Part shown: piece after piece, positions 59,296 to 64,000 of the stretch
Layout of the letters: every line of letters starts with the position of its first letter
How positions within the stretch are numbered: the first letter of the stretch is position 1
NCBI GenBank assembly: GCA_041649675.1
Contig: JBAZMQ010000003.1
Coordinates: 5,335 to 69,334 of the forward strand
Source: Patescibacteria group bacterium
GTDB taxonomy: Bacteria; Patescibacteriota; Patescibacteriia; Buchananbacterales; UBA6539
DNA: 64,000 nucleotides
Direction of reading: 5' to 3'
Translations under genes and position numbers: made by a program
Notes under the pieces: generated by a model
The model's database searches: none
The model's input: the letters and a program-made list of their open reading frames with translations, nothing else
Told to the model about the DNA's origin: nothing

Positions 59296-59502
59296 GTCAT
59301 TTCGAGGTCGCCTTAAGTGAGATTGAGAGGCGACCGAGAAATCCCATCATAGTTAACAATATGAAACCAAAAATATTTTATATCTATATTATGATGAATA
59401 AATGGAACACTACTTCCTAATTTTAAAGATTTAGCAAAAGATTGGGTATGATGAGATTTCTCCCCCTAATAATTCAATTAATAAGCTCGGGGTCGAAATG
59501 AC
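59296..59502. mobile_element. GTCATTTCGA..TCGAAATGAC element with an internally deleted GIY-YIG remnant
   Basis: Terminal IR, inner GAGAAATC/GATTTCTC; peptides MKPKIFYIYIMMNKWNTT and PNFKDLAKDWV (59361-59451). Confidence 0.75.
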
Positions 59503-59518
59503 AAAAAAATAAATAGTT

Positions 59519-59902
59519 ATGTTAAATCCAAATCAGCGAAAACAACTTGGTAAAATTGGCGAAGAGATTGCTGCTAAATATTTGCAGCAGAAAGGTTATA
59601 AAGTTATGGCCAGGAATTTTTCGGTTCGGGAAGGTGAAATTGATTTGATTTGTGCCAAATCGGGAGTAACGGTTTTTGTGGAAGTAAAAACGCGGACTAA
59701 CCAAAACTTTGGTTATCCGGAAGCAGCAGTAGGTAAAAGAAAAATTGAGCGGTTAATTTTAGCCGGGCAGAATTATTTTTTAGGCCAAAACCAAGCCAGT
59801 CAATGGCAAATTGATGTAATCAGCCTGTTTTTAGGCGGTCAAAACCAAATTTTGGAAATTAAGCATTTTGAAAATATTAGTATTGACAGCTATTGTTTTT
59901 AG
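59519..59902 (+). CDS. YraN-family endonuclease
   Basis: GEEIAAKYL..RNF...GEIDLI..FVEVKTR. Confidence 0.93.
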   Translation: MLNPNQRKQLGKIGEEIAAKYLQQKGYKVMARNFSVREGEIDLICAKSGVTVFVEVKTRTNQNFGYPEAAVGKRKIERLILAGQNYFLGQNQASQWQIDVISLFLGGQNQILEIKHFENISIDSYCF

Positions 59903-60007
59903 TTCTATAATTAAAGTACTTCGGATTAAGTTGGTAATGGTAGCCTATGGCTGCCACTTTTTTTTAGCCGATACTAATTAATATTTAATTATGAATATCT
60001 AAAACAT

Positions 60008-61333
60008 ATGGATCAGTCATCAATCTCAGACGCAATTAAACAAATTTGTCAGGAAAAAGGTTTGCCGGTTGAATCGGTAGTGCAAACTGTTGAAGCCGCT
60101 TTGGCGGCTGCTTTTCGCAAAGACTTTGGCGAAAAGAATCAAAATATTAAAGTTGAGTTTGACTTAAACACCGGTAAGTCAAAAGTTTTTGACGTAAAAA
60201 CAGTCGTTGAAGATATGCCCGAAGAATTGTTGGCTGAAGGTACAGAAATTATGCCGCTAGAACCAAAACCAGTTGCGGCGGCTGAAGGGGAAGTAACCGA
60301 GGAAGTTCGGCGCTTTAATCCAAAAACTGAAATTCAATTAAGTGATGCCAAAAAAATCAAAAAAGATTACGAAGTCGGTGATGAGATAAAGACCCCTTTA
60401 GAAGTGCCGGGTGAATTCGGCCGCATGGCGGCCCAAACTGCCAAACAAGTGATTATCCAAAAGCTGCGCGAAACCGAACGCGAAACTGTTTACCAAGAAT
60501 TTAAAGGCAAGGAAGGTGAAATTATCGTTGGTACCATTCAGCGCCGCGAAGGCAATTTAGTTTTAATTGATTTAGGAAAAACTACGGCTTTATTGCCGCC
60601 CGAAGAACAAATTCGCAGCGAGAACTATACTCCCGGCGGCCACCTCAAGGTTTATATTATGTCAGTTAACATTACCACCAAGGGTCCAGAAATTATTGTT
60701 TCTCGTTCTCATCCCGAAATTGTCAAAAAACTTTTTTCTTTGGAAATTCCGGAAATTGCCAACGGTGTGGTTCAAATTAAATCCATTGCTCGAGAAGCCG
60801 GTTCGCGTTCTAAAATCGCGGTTTTTACTGATCAAGAAAATATTGATCCGATTGGTTCTTGTATTGGCCAACGGGGGGCGCGCATTCAAACTATCATTAC
60901 CGAGCTTAAGGGTGAAAAGGTTGACATCATCAAATACAGCGATGATCCCAAAGAATTTATTGCCAATGCTTTGTCGCCAGCCAAAATTTTAAACATTGAT
61001 ATTAATGATGAACAAAAAACTGCCACTGCTTACGTGGCCGAAGATCAGTTATCTTTAGCCATTGGCCGCGCCGGTCAGAATGTCAGACTAGCTGCTCGTT
61101 TAACCGGCTGGAAAATTGATATAGTTTCGGAAAGTGGCAAAAAGGTTGATGAAGAAAGTGCCGCTGAATTATTAAAAGATGAAATCGAAGAAGTGACTGA
61201 AGCCAAACCGGTATCAGAAACTGCTACCGAAGAAAAGCCAAAGAAAAAATCAGTGAAGAAAGAAAAAGTTGAGAAAAAAGAAAAAAAGACTGAAAAGAAA
61301 ACTAAAGTTAAAAAAGAGAAAAAGTCGGAATAG
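60008..61333 (+). CDS. nusA: Transcription termination factor NusA
   Basis: FGRMAAQTAKQV, AREAGSRSKIAV, AIGRAGQNVRLA. Confidence 0.98.
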   Translation: MDQSSISDAIKQICQEKGLPVESVVQTVEAALAAAFRKDFGEKNQNIKVEFDLNTGKSKVFDVKTVVEDMPEELLAEGTEIMPLEPKPVAAAEGEVTEEVRRFNPKTEIQLSDAKKIKKDYEVGDEIKTPLEVPGEFGRMAAQTAKQVIIQKLRETERETVYQEFKGKEGEIIVGTIQRREGNLVLIDLGKTTALLPPEEQIRSENYTPGGHLKVYIMSVNITTKGPEIIVSRSHPEIVKKLFSLEIPEIANGVVQIKSIAREAGSRSKIAVFTDQENIDPIGSCIGQRGARIQTIITELKGEKVDIIKYSDDPKEFIANALSPAKILNIDINDEQKTATAYVAEDQLSLAIGRAGQNVRLAARLTGWKIDIVSESGKKVDEESAAELLKDEIEEVTEAKPVSETATEEKPKKKSVKKEKVEKKEKKTEKKTKVKKEKKSE

Positions 61334-61341
61334 TTTTAGGA

Positions 61342-61432
61342 TTCCCCTCTTAAGATAAGAGGGGTTAGGGGAGTTATGAAGTTATGCAAAAAGCCATAAC
61401 CCCCTCTAACTCCCCCTTAGCTTAAGGGGGAG
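61342..61432. repeat. CCCCT..AGGGG paired-hairpin palindromic element
   Basis: CCCCTCTTA-AGA-TAAGAGGGG and CTCCCCCTTA-GCT-TAAGGGGGAG arranged as a larger inverted pair. Confidence 0.7.
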
Positions 61433-61461
61433 GACACTAAAATTAAGCTTTTGAAAAAGAT

Positions 61462-61929
61462 ATGGTTTCTATTCGAAAAGCAAAAGTCAAAGATTTGGAT
61501 TTGGTTTCTGCCATGGCGGTTAATTTGCTTAAATACCACAGCCAGTTTGATACTTATTATAGACCGGCAAAGAATGCTAAGGGTGCCTATCATAAACTCT
61601 TTAGATCAGCAATCTTTTCTCGAAGAAAGATTTTATTAGTTGCTGAAATTGACAGTGAAATAATTGGTTTTGTCATGGCTTTAGTTAGAAGAAAACCGCC
61701 GGTCTTTGCAATTAAAGACTATGGCTTTATTACCGATATATTTATTGTCAACGAGTATAGAAATCAAGGAATTGCCGGTCTTTTTCTGCAAGAATTGTTT
61801 AAATGGTTTAAAAAGAATAGAATAAAAAATATTGAGCTTTTAGCTCACGTCAAAAATGATATTGGCCAAAAGTTCTGGTCCAAATATAAATTTAAAGATT
61901 TTTTGGTCAGCAAGAGAATAAAAATTTAG
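61462..61929 (+). CDS. GNAT acetyltransferase
   Basis: IRKAK..D, YRNQGIA, N..G.KFW.K..F. Confidence 0.88.
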   Translation: MVSIRKAKVKDLDLVSAMAVNLLKYHSQFDTYYRPAKNAKGAYHKLFRSAIFSRRKILLVAEIDSEIIGFVMALVRRKPPVFAIKDYGFITDIFIVNEYRNQGIAGLFLQELFKWFKKNRIKNIELLAHVKNDIGQKFWSKYKFKDFLVSKRIKI

Positions 61930-62090
61930 TAATTTTATTTATGTAAGCCGTAGGTGAGATAATAAAGTCCGTAACCTCACCCCACCCTCTCCGTTTTCGG
62001 AGAGGGAGTCCTAAAACTAAGCTTTTGTTTCAGCCCCTAATTTCCTAATTTCCTAACAACCTAACTTACTAATAACCTAATCAAACATCT

Positions 62091-64000
62091 ATGAATCAGC
62101 TCGTACTTTGGGTAATTGCCAGCGCCGTTCTCGGTTTAGCCGTAGCGGTTTGGCTTGCTTACCAAGTGACCAAAAAACCCGTGCTTAACGAAAAAGCCAA
62201 GGAAATTTCTCAATATATTCATGAGGGAGCCATGGCTTATTTGACTAAACAATATCAAGTCTTGGCAATTTTTATTATCGTGGTTGCTTTATTAATTGCG
62301 TTTGTTCCCGGCTTAAGTTGGAAAACCGCTTTGATGTTTGTTTTTGGTTCGGTTATTTCTATCGCCTCGGGTAACATCGGTATGCAAATTGCCACCCGAG
62401 CCAATGCTAGAACCGCTGAAGCGGTTAATGATGGTGTCACCAAAGGTTTGCGGATGGCATTTTTTGCCGGTAGTGTTAGCGGTTTGGCTGTTGTCAGCCT
62501 GGGTTTATTAGGTGTGACTTTTTCTTATTTATTATTTCATGATGTTGACGTCCTGTTTGGTTTTGCTTTTGGCGCTTCCTCGGTGGCTTTATTTGCCAGA
62601 GTCGGCGGTGGTATTTATACCAAAGCGGCTGACGTTGGTGCGGACTTAGTCGGTAAAGTTGAAGCCGGTATTCCTGAAGATGATCCGAGAAATCCGGCCG
62701 TCATTGCCGATAATGTTGGTGATAATGTTGGTGATACTGCTGGCATGGGTGCGGATTTATATGAAACTTATGTTGATGCCATAATTTCAGCTATGGCTTT
62801 GGGCGCGGTCAGTATTACTACTTTTGGCAGTAACGCCTTGTATGTTCCGTTGCTTTTAGCGGCCGTTGGCATTATTGGTACTTTAGTTGGTAATTTAGTT
62901 ATCAAATTTTTTAATCATCCCAAACCACATGTGATTATGAATGCGGCTATTGCCGTTGCCAATATTGCTACCACTCTTTTAGCTATCCCGATAATTTACT
63001 TTTTGCTGCCTGGCAGCTTTGGTGTTTTTTGGGCAATGTTAGCCGGGCTTTTGGCCGGAGTAATTATTTCTTTTGCCACTGATTACTTTACCTCTTATCG
63101 CTATAAACCCGTGCAAGGTATTGCTAAGTCAACTGAAACTGGTCCGGCAACTGCTATTATCAACGGTTTGGCCGTTGGTATGATTAGCACCACTGTGCCA
63201 GTTTTGGCAGTTTCAGCCGCAACTTTGATTGCTTATTATTTTGGTGGTCTATTCGGTATTGGTATGGCCGCAGTTGGCATGTTGGCTTCCTTGGGAATTA
63301 CTTTAGCCACTGATACTTATGGTCCGATTTCGGATAATGCTGCCGGTATTGCTGAAATGGCCGGTATGGGCCAAGAGACTCGTGAGCGCGCTGAGGCTTT
63401 GGATGCGATTGGCAATTCCACTGCTGCCATTGGTAAAGGTTTTTCCGTTTCAGCCGCGGCTTTAATCGCTTTAGTTTTATTAATTAGTTTTTCCCGAATT
63501 GTTGGTTTGGATAATGTTAATTTATTGGATGCCAAAGTAATTGTCGGTATGTTTATTGGTGGTTTGTTGCCGTTTGTTTTTGCCGCTTTAACCATGAAGT
63601 CAGTTGGCAAAGCCGCAATGCAAATGGTGCAGGAAGTTCGCCGCCAGTTTAAAGAAATTCCTGGCTTACTGGAAGGTACAGCCAAACCTGACCACAAACG
63701 CTGCGTGGCAATTTCCACCCAAGCCGCAATTAAAGAAATGATTTTACCCGGCGCTTTGGCAATTGTTTTACCCATTGCCGTTGGTTTTGGTTTGGGCGCA
63801 TCGGCTTTGGCAGGCTTTTTAGCTTCTTCTTTGGTGGTTGGCTTTTTAATGGCTATATTTATGGCTAATGCTGGTGGCGCTTGGGACAATGCCAAGAAAT
63901 ATATTGAAGCCGGTAACTTGGGTGGCAAAGGTTCAGCCGCTCACAAAGCGGCGGTTATTGGTGATACGGTCGGCGATCCGTTTAAAGACACTTCCGGCCC
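62091..64000 (+). CDS. hppA: Membrane-bound ion-pumping pyrophosphatase, K+-dependent type (runs off the window end)
   Basis: GGGIYTKAADVGADLVGKVEAGIPEDDPRNP, GNSTAAIGKGF (Ala determinant), GGAWDNAKK, GDTVGDPFKDTSGP. Confidence 0.95.
   Translation, partial: MNQLVLWVIASAVLGLAVAVWLAYQVTKKPVLNEKAKEISQYIHEGAMAYLTKQYQVLAIFIIVVALLIAFVPGLSWKTALMFVFGSVISIASGNIGMQIATRANARTAEAVNDGVTKGLRMAFFAGSVSGLAVVSLGLLGVTFSYLLFHDVDVLFGFAFGASSVALFARVGGGIYTKAADVGADLVGKVEAGIPEDDPRNPAVIADNVGDNVGDTAGMGADLYETYVDAIISAMALGAVSITTFGSNALYVPLLLAAVGIIGTLVGNLVIKFFNHPKPHVIMNAAIAVANIATTLLAIPIIYFLLPGSFGVFWAMLAGLLAGVIISFATDYFTSYRYKPVQGIAKSTETGPATAIINGLAVGMISTTVPVLAVSAATLIAYYFGGLFGIGMAAVGMLASLGITLATDTYGPISDNAAGIAEMAGMGQETRERAEALDAIGNSTAAIGKGFSVSAAALIALVLLISFSRIVGLDNVNLLDAKVIVGMFIGGLLPFVFAALTMKSVGKAAMQMVQEVRRQFKEIPGLLEGTAKPDHKRCVAISTQAAIKEMILPGALAIVLPIAVGFGLGASALAGFLASSLVVGFLMAIFMANAGGAWDNAKKYIEAGNLGGKGSAAHKAAVIGDTVGDPFKDTSG

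Noticed and set aside
62255-63928. Minus-strand ORFs 62255..62443 and 63317..63928, and similar shadow ORFs across the window
   Set aside because: Antisense or off-frame shadows of well-supported genes such as hppA.
1-64000. Alternative genetic code (TGA recoding as in Gracilibacteria/SR1)
   Set aside because: Core genes translate full length under code 11.

Overview
A low-GC bacterial chromosome segment, most likely Patescibacteria/CPR (Parcubacteria-like). This is inferred from the gene set, SD-less housekeeping genes and multiple TrmB-type, four-helix-bundle and small GIY-YIG genes. It carries core genes (infB, rbfA, clpP, rny, HU, pilT, rnc, nusB, rpmF, gyrA, rpsA, ftsH, GspE/PilB ATPase, trxA/B, rnhB, nusA, partial hppA), nine intact tRNAs, a SAM-I riboswitch, an amino-acid ABC transporter and several orphan islands. 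The unusual content is mostly non-coding. (1) A tRNA-centred mobile system: intact tRNAs sit in inverted-repeat cassettes nested inside decayed isoacceptor tRNAs, 30-bp double-hairpin elements insert into tRNA D/T loops, and small GIY-YIG nuclease genes accompany them. (2) A ~860-nt hairpin-dense transcription unit with its own promoter and terminator, a GOLLD/ROOL-sized giant RNA candidate. (3) Four-helix-bundle genes flanked by inverted short-tandem-repeat arrays, with gene-less copies in operon gaps. (4) A palindromic element translated in-frame inside IF-2. No CRISPR array, rRNA, integrase or reverse transcriptase was seen. All calls come from reading the sequence, with no database searches.
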